From Acidobacteriaceae bacterium (GTDB lineage: Bacteria > Acidobacteriota > Terriglobia > Terriglobales > Acidobacteriaceae): a stretch of DNA of 64,000 nucleotides. How positions within the stretch are numbered: the stretch's first letter is position 1; every line of letters starts with the position of its first letter. The stretch lies in the NCBI GenBank assembly GCA_025462885.1, contig JAOAPN010000008.1, positions 210,953 through 274,952 of the forward strand. The letters run 5' to 3'. Positions 27,092-40,200 of this stretch are shown one piece after another. Position numbers and translations under genes: made by a program. The notes below the pieces were generated by a model. It searched no databases and was not told the origin of the DNA. It was given only the letters and a program-made list of their open reading frames with translations.

Positions 27092-29002
27092 TTAGCCCAG
27101 CTTTGGCCGCGCCAGGTGGAAGCTCGTCGCCTCCTGGTAAGCCCGGGCAAACGCCGCCAGCCGCGCGTCCGAGTACAGCGCTCCAAGGAATGTCAGCGAC
27201 ACCGGAGTCCCCGGGCCACCCTGATTCTCACGGTCTCCATCCCCGGTCTTATCCGGCATCGGAGCACCGTCTCCCCGCACCCCGTTGGGCAGGATCACCG
27301 CCGGATGCCCCGTCATATTGGTAGCCGTCAGTTGCGTCCCGCTCGAAGGCGTCACGATCACGTCCACGTCGGCGAAGACCTTGGCCATTGCCTCGATCGC
27401 GAGTGTCCGCGCCCGCTGCGCCTGGATATAGTCCACTGCAGAATAGAACCGCGCTACACGGAACTGGTTTGGCCAGTCGAACGGCTGCTGACCCGTCAGC
27501 AGCTTGTCCCGACCACTCCGCGTCAGATCATCGAACGCTGCTGCCGCCTCCGCCTCCAGCAGCGGAGTGAGATCGCCAAAGTGGTTTCCTTTGGGCAGCT
27601 TCACGGGAATCAGCTTTACGCCCATGTTGCGCAGCTCATCCAGCGCGTTGACTCCGTACTTTGCGTCGTAGCCGCGCCGCTCGTAACCCTTTTTGTCGGC
27701 TGCACTCGCCCCTGCCGGTAGCGCTGGAACACTGAACTCCTCCTCCAGGAACCCTACGCGGAGCTTCTTCCAGTCGAACGCAGCATCCCAATTGAAGACG
27801 GCATTCTTCACGCTGCGGTCTTTGCCGTCCGGCCCGTGGATCGCGTCCATCACTAGCGCGCAGTCCTCTACGTTGCGGCAGATCGGCCCGATTTTGTCCA
27901 TCGTCCAGCTCAGCGCCATCGCTCCCGTTCGTGGCACAAACCCGAACGTAGGCCGCAGCCCCGTCACCCCGCAGCGTGTACTTGGCGAGCTGATCGAGCC
28001 CAGCGTCTCGGTCCCGATCGCAAAGCCCACGCAGCCCGCCGCCGTCGCACTCGCGCTCCCGGCTGAAGAGCCACTCGAACCCTGCTTCATGTTCCAAGGA
28101 TTGCGCGTACGCGCTCCAAACCACAGATCTCCTTGTGCCAGAGCACCCATGGTCAGCTTGGCGACGAGCACAGCACCCCCCGCATCGAGCCGCTCCACGA
28201 CCGTTGCGTCGTAGTCGAAGCTCTGCTCCTCCAACCCCCCGGCTCCCCACGTCGTCCGGTACCCCTTCACCGCCAGCAGGTCCTTCGCGCCCCAGGGAAT
28301 TCCATGGAGCGGACCGCGATATTTACCCGCCGCAATCTCCGCATCCGCATCCGCCGCCCGCTTCAGCGCCCGCTCCTCCGTCAGAGTGATAACGAAGTGC
28401 AGCTTCGAGTCGTATCGCTTCAACCGCGACAGGTACATCTTCGTCAGGGCAAGCGAGGTCACCTTGCGCGTCCTTAGCAACTCTCCAAGCTCCCGCACCG
28501 AAGCAAACGCCAGCGCCTCCTCGAACGCAGGTGGGGGCGCATTCGCAGCGGAAGCGTCTCGGCTGACCAGCACCGCCGCCTCGCCCAGTTTTGCTACATC
28601 TGGGGAGACGCTGATCCGCATCGGCTGCTTCACGGTGTCCAACACCATGCCCGCAGGAACCGGATCGAACACAAACGCCGGAGCCACGCTGTTCGGAATC
28701 TGCATCGTCCGAATCACCGCGATGGAATCCCGCTGTTTTGAAAGCCCCTCCAGCATTACGGCCTTCTGCTCATCCGTCACCGTAATGCCTGCTATCACCG
28801 CGGCTGCATCGATCATCGCCGGAGTAATCTTCGCCAGTGAAGTGGGGCTCGTATCGGCCGTCCCAACCGCTGACGTCTGTGCCTCTACCTCGGCGGCCAT
28901 CCCCAGCAGGATGCCCGGCAACAGAGTCTGTCCAAGACCCACCATGGAACACACGCCCAGAAACCGTCGCCGACCAAACTCACTCACAGATTGTTCGCTC
29001 AT
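27092..29002 (-). CDS. Tat-exported amidase (amidase-signature family)
   Basis: Twin-arginine RRRFLGVCSMVGLG. Amidase-signature Gly/Ser-rich GSSGSSAGSASATAAG. ATG at 29002. Confidence 0.85.
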   Translation of the reverse strand: MSEQSVSEFGRRRFLGVCSMVGLGQTLLPGILLGMAAEVEAQTSAVGTADTSPTSLAKITPAMIDAAAVIAGITVTDEQKAVMLEGLSKQRDSIAVIRTMQIPNSVAPAFVFDPVPAGMVLDTVKQPMRISVSPDVAKLGEAAVLVSRDASAANAPPPAFEEALAFASVRELGELLRTRKVTSLALTKMYLSRLKRYDSKLHFVITLTEERALKRAADADAEIAAGKYRGPLHGIPWGAKDLLAVKGYRTTWGAGGLEEQSFDYDATVVERLDAGGAVLVAKLTMGALAQGDLWFGARTRNPWNMKQGSSGSSAGSASATAAGCVGFAIGTETLGSISSPSTRCGVTGLRPTFGFVPRTGAMALSWTMDKIGPICRNVEDCALVMDAIHGPDGKDRSVKNAVFNWDAAFDWKKLRVGFLEEEFSVPALPAGASAADKKGYERRGYDAKYGVNALDELRNMGVKLIPVKLPKGNHFGDLTPLLEAEAAAAFDDLTRSGRDKLLTGQQPFDWPNQFRVARFYSAVDYIQAQRARTLAIEAMAKVFADVDVIVTPSSGTQLTATNMTGHPAVILPNGVRGDGAPMPDKTGDGDRENQGGPGTPVSLTFLGALYSDARLAAFARAYQEATSFHLARPKLG

Positions 29003-29048
29003 GCCAGAATTATTGCATCGCATCCAGCACTGCGGGAATTACCGCATA

Positions 29049-30275
29049 TCAGAATGTGCTGTTCCAGTAAGCCTGCTGCCCCAGGTAGTGATCGTCCGGC
29101 AGATACTTCAACACCGCCCGCTTCACCTCCAGCGCATCCATCGTGCCCTGCGTCTGGTACAGGACCTCACCCTTCATTCCGATCAGCACGGTGTACGGAA
29201 CTCCACCCTTCCAGTCCGTGTGCATCGCCGGAACCGCATCCGCCGAATCGTTACTATCCACCAGCAGATTCCTGTTGATCGCATGCTGCTTCTGTAAGAA
29301 CTCAAGCACCATCTTCTTCTCGTCGGGACTATTCACACTCACCGTCATGATCTGGATTTGCCGTCGCGCATACATCCGCACCATCTCCTGCAGCCGTGGA
29401 AATTCTTCCACGCAAGGCGCACACCAGGTCGCCCAGAAGTTCACCAGCAGCAGCTTGTCCGTTCCGATATTCGCGCGCAGGGCTTTTAGCTGCTCGACCG
29501 ACACCATGTCCACCGCGACGGGCTGCTTCTCTCCCTCCGCAACCTCCGCCTGTGCGCCCTTCTCCTTGTAGGCCCACTTTGTCGAGCAGCCCATTGCTGG
29601 AGTATCCGGCACCACCACTGGCTTCCCGGCCAGCAGGCTCTCGATCGCGTCGCGGGTCTCGTGCTTGATTGCGAGCGCCTCGCGCTGATTGCTGTCGATC
29701 CGGCCCTCGTAGCGCAGAATGCGTTGCTGGTCGAAGATGAACGCATGTGGCGTCGCGACCGGCCCGTACTTCAGCGCGACAGCCTGTGTCTCGCCGTCAT
29801 AGAGATACGGGAAATTGAACTTCCGATATGCCGCCCGCAGCTTCATGTCTCCGAACGAATCGCCCAGGTCGGTATATCCCTCTTCACTCAGGTGGACGGC
29901 CTTGGGATCATTTCCCATGATTACCACCACTGCTACGCCCTTGCCTTGGTAGTCCGTAGCCAACTGCTTGATGCGCTGCTCATACATCTGAGCCACCGGG
30001 CAATGGTCGCAACTGAAGATCACAGCCAGCACCTTGCTCGATGCATAGTCCTTCAGGCTGTGCGTCTTCCCATCCACCCCCGGCAGGCTGAAATCCGGAG
30101 CCGCCGTCCCAATCTTAAGGATAGGCGGCAGGCCTACGCCGGTCTTGGGAATATCGTCCTGCCCCAGCGCAGTGCTGGTCATCAGGACAGATAAAGCCAT
30201 CAGCGCAAGCGCGGCGCGGCAGGCGCGTCCAGCAGGCATGAGCGAAAGACGAAGCAGCACGGAGGAACGGAGCAT
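29049..30275 (-). CDS. exported two-domain thioredoxin-fold protein (redoxin + TlpA-like)
   Basis: Signal peptide. First domain has SCDHCPV, second has FWATWCAPC. ATG at 30275 preceded by AGGAGA. Confidence 0.8.
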   Translation of the reverse strand: MLRSSVLLRLSLMPAGRACRAALALMALSVLMTSTALGQDDIPKTGVGLPPILKIGTAAPDFSLPGVDGKTHSLKDYASSKVLAVIFSCDHCPVAQMYEQRIKQLATDYQGKGVAVVVIMGNDPKAVHLSEEGYTDLGDSFGDMKLRAAYRKFNFPYLYDGETQAVALKYGPVATPHAFIFDQQRILRYEGRIDSNQREALAIKHETRDAIESLLAGKPVVVPDTPAMGCSTKWAYKEKGAQAEVAEGEKQPVAVDMVSVEQLKALRANIGTDKLLLVNFWATWCAPCVEEFPRLQEMVRMYARRQIQIMTVSVNSPDEKKMVLEFLQKQHAINRNLLVDSNDSADAVPAMHTDWKGGVPYTVLIGMKGEVLYQTQGTMDALEVKRAVLKYLPDDHYLGQQAYWNSTF

Positions 30276-30504
30276 ACCATCTCCTGAGTCTTTCGCTGCA
30301 ATCGGAAGCCAGCGCAGACGCACTTCAACGCCGCTCGATGCGGCCGCGAAATGACGCGTGAAGTATAGTCCGGCCTTGCGATTTCCGTCGACCCAAACCT
30401 GGATCGGCCCTGGCGAGAACTCCCTTGGAAGCTCCTGCCGTCACCTGCAAGCCGATTCGCTCGTGGACATGTCGGCTTGTCGCCGTGGGCCTCCTGTTGC
30501 TAGC

Positions 30505-30969
30505 ATGTCAGCCATGAAAAAACTTGCGCCAGTCCTCTGGTTCAATGACAACGCCGAAGAAGCAGCTGAGTTTTACCTGGGCGTCTTTCCGCACGCACAC
30601 AAGCTCGAAGAGCTGCGTTCCAAGGGTGTCGGTCCATGGCCCGTGGGCAAGATCGCCACGATCACGATCGAGCTTGAGGGCCAGGAGATGGTGTTTCTCA
30701 ACGGCGGTTCTTCGCAGCAGTTCAACCCCGCCATCTCGTTCTTCGTCCGCTGCGACTCGCAGGAAGAGATCGACAGCTACTGGGACAAGTTGATCGAAGG
30801 CGGCAAGCCCATGGCATGCGGCTGGCTCACAGATCGCTTCGGACTATGCTGGCAGATTGTGCCGCGTAATATCAGCGATTTGATCAACCATCCCAAAGCC
30901 ATGGAAGCTATGATGGGAATGATCAAGATGGACCTCTCCGCGCTGGAAGCCGCCGCGCGCGAGAGCTAG
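30505..30969 (+). CDS. VOC-fold protein of the PhnB / 3-demethylubiquinone-9 3-methyltransferase-domain type
   Basis: KKLAPVLWFNDNAEEAAEFYLGVFP is a typical N-terminus for this family. ATG at 30505 or 30514. Confidence 0.7.
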   Translation: MSAMKKLAPVLWFNDNAEEAAEFYLGVFPHAHKLEELRSKGVGPWPVGKIATITIELEGQEMVFLNGGSSQQFNPAISFFVRCDSQEEIDSYWDKLIEGGKPMACGWLTDRFGLCWQIVPRNISDLINHPKAMEAMMGMIKMDLSALEAAARES

Positions 30970-31097
30970 AGCATTTCTCCTGTGGGTGCAAACCGAAACC
31001 GCAGATCTGAACGCCGGTTTTTTCCAAGAAAAACGGCACTCGCAAAGCTTGTCCAGTGCGCAATAACAGAAGAAATGCTCTAACAGTCCGAATTGCT

Positions 31098-33818
<2,721 letters not shown>

Positions 33819-34006
33819 TCAATTCAGCGTTTTAATGCAATTCGGATGCCAATACCAGTCCTTTAAATATACCACTTTCAAGGCCCGCCCGCCCGCTCTG
33901 GGCACCCGGGCCTATTCCCCTCAAATCCAAACAAAAGTTCCGGAAAACCTAAATCGTCCTATATGATTAGAAGGTTGTCTAAAGCTCCACTCAGTCAGGA
34001 TCCACA

Positions 34007-34204
34007 ATGCCAAAGTTGAAGACACACAGCGGCGCAGCCAAGCGCTTTCATAAGACCGGCACCGGCAAGTTCAAGCGCGGCCAGTCCAAGATGCGCCACA
34101 TCCTCACCTCGAAGGCGACTAAAACCAAGCGCAAGCTCGGTGGTTCGGCGCTTATCTCGGATGCGGATCACAAGGTTGTGTCCCGCATGATCCCCTACGC
34201 GTGA
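34007..34204 (+). CDS. rpmI: 50S ribosomal protein L35
   Basis: [24 protein letters not shown]. Confidence 0.95.
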   Translation: MPKLKTHSGAAKRFHKTGTGKFKRGQSKMRHILTSKATKTKRKLGGSALISDADHKVVSRMIPYA

Positions 34205-34480
34205 AGCACTAAGGTCGCGTAAGCGATCTTTGTACCTCCGCAACAGGGAATCGAAGTCTTCAGATCGAGCCGCTCTAAAAGAGCAAAGGGTCAGCAAAAG
34301 CGTTCACGGCCCCTGGACGAACGTATGTAAGTCCACCGAGATCTGAAGTTGCATAGCGAGTGAAGAGGCCCCATCGTCATTTACGAGACTCTTTCAGGAT
34401 TGTCCGTTAGTTCTGATTGAGACAAAAATGCGACCCTTACCTCCAGCCGCTTAAACGATGTACGCAAAAGGAGAAGTACG
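34205..34480 (+). promoter_or_regulatory. 276-nt structured spacer / candidate leader of rplT
   Basis: 9-bp long-range helix 34258..34266 with 34340..34348 encloses two small hairpins (34272..34284 and 34299..34324). Spacer length is unusual for rpmI-rplT. Confidence 0.3.
34211..34233 (+). terminator. GNRA-capped hairpin just after rpmI (possible attenuator or partial terminator)
   Basis: AAGGTCGC-GTAA-GCGATCTT (one G-U pair) followed by TGT. Confidence 0.35.
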
Positions 34481-34870
34481 ATGCCCCGTGTAAAACGGAG
34501 TACTAAACGGAATGACCGCCGCAAAAAGATCCTCAAGCGCGCGAGTGGTTACTTTCTCACCAAGTCCAAGCTCTATCAGGCAGCACAAGAGGCCGTCGAG
34601 CGCGGACTCATGTTCGCCTATACCGGCCGTAAGCAGAAGAAGCGCCAGTACCGTGCTCTCTGGATCGTCCGTATCAACGCTGCCTGCCGCATTAACGGCA
34701 TGAGCTACTCCACCTTCATCAACGGCTTGAAGCTCGCGAACAACGGTCTCGATCGCAAGATCCTCGCCGACATCGCAGTCAACGACGCCGTCGGTTTCGC
34801 AACTCTCGCCGCCCAGGCTAAGTCTGCCCTGGCCAGCGCCAAGGCAGCCCGCGAGAAGGCAGCAGCCTAG
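34481..34870 (+). CDS. rplT: 50S ribosomal protein L20
   Basis: [25 protein letters not shown]; AAAGGAGAA upstream. Confidence 0.97.
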   Translation: MPRVKRSTKRNDRRKKILKRASGYFLTKSKLYQAAQEAVERGLMFAYTGRKQKKRQYRALWIVRINAACRINGMSYSTFINGLKLANNGLDRKILADIAVNDAVGFATLAAQAKSALASAKAAREKAAA

Positions 34871-34893
34871 CAACTCGGTAATTGCATCACACA

Positions 34894-34926
34894 AGAGGCA
34901 TGGCAACCGCCATGCCTCTTTGTTTG
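34894..34926 (+). terminator. intrinsic terminator of rplT
   Basis: Perfect 11-bp stem AGAGGCATGGC-AACC-GCCATGCCTCT followed by TTGTTTG. Confidence 0.85.
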
Positions 34927-34979
34927 CTCACTTCGAACTCACCACTAACCTTAGTCCCCGAACCAAGTATCCTATCCCT

Positions 34980-36338
34980 ATGCCGGACCCAAACAGCCAG
35001 AAGGACCTAGCCGCCGCAGTGCCCTTCGAGTCCTGGGGCCGCTACCCCACTTACCCTGCCAAGATCACCTCTCTCAACTGGCAGAGTGACTATGCCCCCG
35101 CGATCGCCCATCTGCACCAGGGCGGAGCCCTTCCCGTCGGCATGGGCCGCAGCTACGGAGACTCCTGCCTCCTCAAGGACGGCAACCTCCTCGTCACAAC
35201 CGGCATGAACCGCCTGATCTCCTTCGATCCCGAGACCGGCGACCTGACCGCCGAGGCCGGTATGACCCTCGCCCAGATCCTCGACTTTGCGGTGCCGCGC
35301 GGCTTCTTCCTGCCTGTCTCACCCGGCACGAAGTACGTCACGCTCGGCGGAGCGATCGCTAACGACATCCACGGCAAGAACCACCACGTAGCCGGAACCT
35401 TCGGCCGTCACGTCACCCAGTTCGAGCTCGTCCGTTCCGACGGTACCCGTAAGATCTGCTCCGCCACCCAGAACGAAGATTGGTACGCTGCGACCATCGG
35501 AGGCCTCGGCCTCACCGGCTTTATCTCCTGGGCTACCCTGCGGATGAAGCCGATCGTCTCCCGCAATATCGACTACGAAGGCATCCAGTTCCACGGTATC
35601 GATGAGTTCCTCGACCTCACCAAGCAGTCCCACAACATCGAGTACACCGTCTCCTGGGTAGATTGCGCCTCTACGGGAAAGAACTTCTGCCGGGGCGTCT
35701 TCATGCAGGGTGATCACTCCACCAAGCCGACGCCGCTCATTATCTCGCCGGAGCCGAAGCTGGTGTTCCCGTTTGACGCTCCGGGTGCCGCGCTGAACCA
35801 CACCACCGTCAGCCTCTTCAACACGGCTTTCTTTCACAAACAGATCCACAAACGCGTCGTCGCGCTCCAGGACTACGAGCCCTTTTTCTACCCCCTAGAC
35901 AAGGTTCTGCACTGGAACCGTATGTACGGTAAGGGCGGTCTGCTCCAGTTCCAGTACGCCATTCCGTGGGAGAGCGCCCGCGAGGGAACCATCGCCATCA
36001 TGCAGGCGGTCGCCAAATCCGGACTGGCCAGCTTCCTGGCCGTCCTTAAGGCCTTTGGAGATGTTCCGTCCCCCGGTATGATGAGCTTTCCCAAGCCCGG
36101 CATTACCCTGGCGCTGGACTTCCCCATCAAGGCAGACAAGACGTTTCCGCTGGTTGAGCGGCTTGCCGACATGACCTGCGACTACGGTGGCCGCCTCTAT
36201 CCCGCCAAAGATGCCGCCATGACGGCCCCCCAGTTCCAGGCCTTTTATCCCCAGTGGGAGGAGTTCGCCCGCTTCCGGGATCCACTCATCACTTCCAGCT
36301 TCTGGGAGCGCGTCACCGGAGACAAATTACCCCTATGA
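34980..36338 (+). CDS. FAD-dependent oxidase of the DprE1 (decaprenylphosphoryl-beta-D-ribose 2'-oxidase) family
   Basis: GRSYGD, VTLGGAIANDIHGKNHH, GGLGLTG, LALDFPIK and GGRLYPAKD match the M. tuberculosis DprE1 blocks GRSYGD, VTVGGAIACDIHGKNHH, GGNGLTG, CVDFPIK and GGRLYTAKD. Confidence 0.85.
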   Translation: MPDPNSQKDLAAAVPFESWGRYPTYPAKITSLNWQSDYAPAIAHLHQGGALPVGMGRSYGDSCLLKDGNLLVTTGMNRLISFDPETGDLTAEAGMTLAQILDFAVPRGFFLPVSPGTKYVTLGGAIANDIHGKNHHVAGTFGRHVTQFELVRSDGTRKICSATQNEDWYAATIGGLGLTGFISWATLRMKPIVSRNIDYEGIQFHGIDEFLDLTKQSHNIEYTVSWVDCASTGKNFCRGVFMQGDHSTKPTPLIISPEPKLVFPFDAPGAALNHTTVSLFNTAFFHKQIHKRVVALQDYEPFFYPLDKVLHWNRMYGKGGLLQFQYAIPWESAREGTIAIMQAVAKSGLASFLAVLKAFGDVPSPGMMSFPKPGITLALDFPIKADKTFPLVERLADMTCDYGGRLYPAKDAAMTAPQFQAFYPQWEEFARFRDPLITSSFWERVTGDKLPL

Positions 36339-37120
36339 GCACAGTTGCTACCGCCCTCGCCGCCCAGCCAAACACCTCAGGCCCCAAGAAAATCCTCGTC
36401 CTTGGAGCCACCTCCGGGATCGCCGAAGCGACCTGCCGCATCTGGGCCTCGCAAGGCGCTGCTCTCTTCCTCGTAGCCCGTAACGCAGAGAAGCTCGCCG
36501 CCGTAGCCCAGGACCTTCGCACCCGCGGAGCCTCCTTCGTCGAGACCGCAGTCGCCGACCTCGACGACACCGAACAGCACGCCACCCTGCTCTCCCACGC
36601 CGTCAACTCCCTCACCGGTATGGACATCGCCTACCTCACCCACGGCGTCCTCGGCGACCAGGCGCAGGCCGAGCAGGACTTCAACACCACCGCTCACATC
36701 CTCTATACCAACTTCATCGCGCCGGTCTCGCTCCTCACCTGGCTCGCCAACTACTGCGTCCAGCGCCACCACGGCACCCTCGCCGTCATCTCCTCCGTCG
36801 CCGGAGACCGCGGCCGCAGGTCCAACTACGTCTACGGCTCCTCGAAGGCCGGGCTCTCCGCCTTCCTCGCCGGCCTCCGCAACCGGATCGACCGCGAAGG
36901 CGTTACCGTCCTCACCATTAAGCCAGGCCCAACCCGCACCGCGATGACCGCCGGAATGCCCAAAAGCGAAAAGTTCGCCGACCCCAACGCCGTAGCCAAA
37001 TCTATCGTCGCCGCAATCGCCGCAAAGAAAGACCAGCTCTATGTCCCCTTCATCTGGGCCCCGATCATGCTCGTCATCCGCACGATTCCGGAGCGCGTAT
37101 TCAAGAAACTGAATCTTTGA
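36335..37120 (+). CDS. SDR-family reductase, DprE2-like by context
   Basis: ATGA overlap with the DprE1-like gene. ILVLGATSGIAEA nucleotide-binding motif and YGSSKAG catalytic YxxxK. Confidence 0.75.
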   Translation: MSTVATALAAQPNTSGPKKILVLGATSGIAEATCRIWASQGAALFLVARNAEKLAAVAQDLRTRGASFVETAVADLDDTEQHATLLSHAVNSLTGMDIAYLTHGVLGDQAQAEQDFNTTAHILYTNFIAPVSLLTWLANYCVQRHHGTLAVISSVAGDRGRRSNYVYGSSKAGLSAFLAGLRNRIDREGVTVLTIKPGPTRTAMTAGMPKSEKFADPNAVAKSIVAAIAAKKDQLYVPFIWAPIMLVIRTIPERVFKKLNL

Positions 37121-37184
37121 AGATTTGATGACCTCTGCGAGGCAGATTTGGCAAAGATGCTCACAAATACCGGGCTTAAAGAAA

Positions 37185-37209
37185 GAGGCCCGGCAATCTG
37201 CCGGGCCTC
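37185..37209. terminator. bidirectional terminator hairpin between the SDR gene and the TonB-dependent receptor gene
   Basis: GAGGCCCGGCA-ATC-TGCCGGGCCTC. On the minus strand it is followed by TCTTTCTTTAA. Confidence 0.65.
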
Positions 37210-37239
37210 CTTGCGTGGTCTTTTACAAGACGGTTTAGG

Positions 37240-40200
37240 TTAGAACTCGAGACGTCCTGAGAATTGAGCAACTCGGAAAGTATCGCGACCTACAGTCGGT
37301 TGGGTTGTGAGCTGTCCGAAGGTGCCGGAGTTATTAATATTAGTAGCGGTGCGTGAGACGGGGTTGTTGAATACAGGGTGATTCAGGACGTTGAAGCCGT
37401 CGGCGCGGAACTTAAAGTTAAGCCGGTCTCCAATAATGTGGAACGTCTTTGCTAGGCCAGCGTCGAAGTTTAACGCTCCAGGTCCACGAAGGTTATTCCT
37501 GCTGCCATATTGGAAGCCGGAAGGGTTGGAGAACGCTGCAGCTGCTTTGACCGGATCGTCGAACAGGAACAGGCGTCCGGAGGAATCCTTATGGATGTTT
37601 ACCTTCACAGCACTCTTGTCCCCGTTGAAGATGCCTGGCGCATCATTCGAGTCTCCCGCCAAAAAAGCACCTGTCGTCGTTCCAAAGGCATATCCACTAC
37701 GCCAGCTTGGAATCCCTGAGACGCTCCATCCGCCGATAGCCAGATCAAGCCAGCGGTTGGTACTGCCACCGAAGCTGCGGCCGCGACCAAAAGGGAGGTC
37801 GTAGACGAAATTGGCGGTGATGTTATGCTTCACATCGAAGTCCGAATTGCCCCGGCAGGCCGACGTGTTGAGCGCATCGCAAATCTGACCGGTAAAGGTA
37901 TTGAGACCGATATAGTTCGCCACCGTAGAGACATTGTCGATGGAGTGCGCATACGTATAGTTGAACTGAAACTGCAGGCCGTGAGAGGTATTCTTCGTCA
38001 CAGTCAGCAGACCTCCGTGATACGTCGACCAGCCTTTGTTAGTAATCATGGTGTTTGAGACGAACTGTGCAGGAATGCCGACGTTCTTCCCGATCAGACC
38101 GTTTGCCTGGAGAGTCGAAATCACATCTGCGAAGTCACCGATGGTCACCAGAGAAGATCCTGCATTGGCGACGACATTGGCAGTCTTGCTTGCGTATATA
38201 CCCTTCGAGCTGATCTGGTTCTCAAACCACGGCTGCGGCGCGATGGAGTTCAACCCGGCGGTCGAACTGGCCAGCGTAGGATTTGCGCGCAAGATGTTCG
38301 ACAGGGTAGAGAATGCCGCCGACATCTTCTGCGCTGAAAGCGGGTCCGGGTAGTCAAGCAGTTGAGACGCGTCGGCTTGTCCCATCAGACGGCGGCCAAG
38401 GCGGCCAACGTAGCTTCCGCTGACGATGAATCCACCCTTTACCTCTCGTTGCATGCCGGCGTTGAATGCGATCGAATAAGGGGATTTGAAGTTCTTGTCG
38501 ATAGCGTAGTTCACCTGGCCGTTTACGATTCCGTTCGGAACTCCAGCGGCAGAGACATAGGGTGTAAATGGTTTGCTGATCGCAACCGGACCAGGCACAG
38601 CCGGGTGAGACAGATTCGCCCCGAGACGTGGGTCGTTTGCAAGCGCTGCATTCGCCGAAACACTGCTGCCGTAATTCGTCTGCTGGGTGTTCTGGAACAG
38701 GTAAGAAAGTTGGTCTTGAACGAAATTGATTGCGTTTATCACGGTACGGTCGTAGACCTTGCCGACAGATCCGTTAATGACGGTCTTGCGGTCAGACCCG
38801 AGTGCGTAGGTGAAGGCGAAGCGAGGGGCGATATCCAGATAGCTCGGCTTGTAGACATCCGAAGCGTTATTCGCCTTGCCGCCAAGATTGTAGACGAAGA
38901 ACGGGAGTGCTGCATTACCGGAACTCGAGGCGTTGCTTTGCGCGAGACGGGCAGCGATGTACTCATCGAAGCCAAGATTTGGATTGGATTGAATACCATT
39001 GGCCTCGAAGGGCACACTGTAGTACTCGTACCGCACGCCGTAGCTGAGGGTAAGGGCCGAAGTGGCCTTCCAAGTATCCCCAAGATAGGCCTCGGTCTGA
39101 TAGTAGCGGTAGCGGCGCACGGAACCTGTACCGGCCACCAACGCATTGCCGTTGTTGTCGTAGTTGTAGTTGCGGCTTTCGACTGCAATTCGGCCCAGAG
39201 CGAATGGGAAGGCAGTATCCCAGCGGGAGACGACCGTGGCATTGGTATTGATATTGCTTGGGCGAAGGCTGGAGTTCAGCGCCGTATTGAGACCGCCGAT
39301 TCCAACTGTAGCGGCCTCGAAGTCACCGATAAGGCGGCTATTCGTCTTGATGAACTTGAATGTGCCACCAAGCTGAAGCGTGTGGCTGCCGATCGTCCAG
39401 TTGAAATCGTCACGGACCGTTGGGATTGGTACGCGACGGCTCTGGGAGCTGAGACTGCCGTTTGGCGCAGCCAGCGGACTAAACGTGTAGCTGGTGATAC
39501 CGGTTGGGCTGTAGTTCACTGGAAACAGCAGCTTGCTGATGTTGTCGCCGTAATAAAATTGGTTGACCTTGTTGGTGCCGATCTGCCAGGTATGGCTCGC
39601 TACGTATCCGTAGCTGCGGTTCTGGACCGGATAGGTCACAGGATCCACGTCGAACTGGTTCAGTGTCTGGATGCCGTCCGAGCGGAGTGTGTGGTATTGC
39701 ACGAAAACCTTCTGCCGTGACGTCAGGTTGTAGTCCACACGTCCCACGTAATTATAAAGAATTTGATTGGTCGATTGCGTAAACCGATAGCCGCCCGTAT
39801 TGATGCCGTCGCCAAGAGTCAAATCGTTAGCGTGAGGATAACGGCCATTGACGTACGAGAACAGGGCCGCATTGTTTCCTATCAGTTGTGGATCGATCGC
39901 GGCAATCTGAGCTGGGCTGTAATCCGAGATGCAGTTTGCTGCGGTGTTCCGTCGAGAAGCGCTGCTGCAACCGGTGCCGTTGTTGGTATAGCCAATGGTT
40001 CCGGCACGGAAGGAATCCAGCGGAACGACTCGTGTCGTCGTCGACGCCTGAATGGTTCGCCCATTGTTGTAATCGAAGAAAAAGAACAGTTTGTTCCGCC
40101 AGATCGGTCCACCAATGTTGCCGCCGAACTGATTGCGGATCAGCTTCGTGCGAGGAATCGGTACAGTCGAATTGTTGTTGAACCAGGAGTTCGCAACCGT

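Noticed and set aside
30967-31082. 12-bp inverted repeat TAGAGCATTTCT / AGAAATGCTCTA bracketing the whole intergenic region between the VOC-fold gene and gyrB (MITE-like?).
   Set aside because: The arms are short and no target-site duplication is seen. The left arm overlaps a stop codon, and the interior looks like ordinary weak A/T-rich terminator hairpins (CCGGTTTTTT-CCAAG-AAAAACGG). This is insufficient to call a mobile element.
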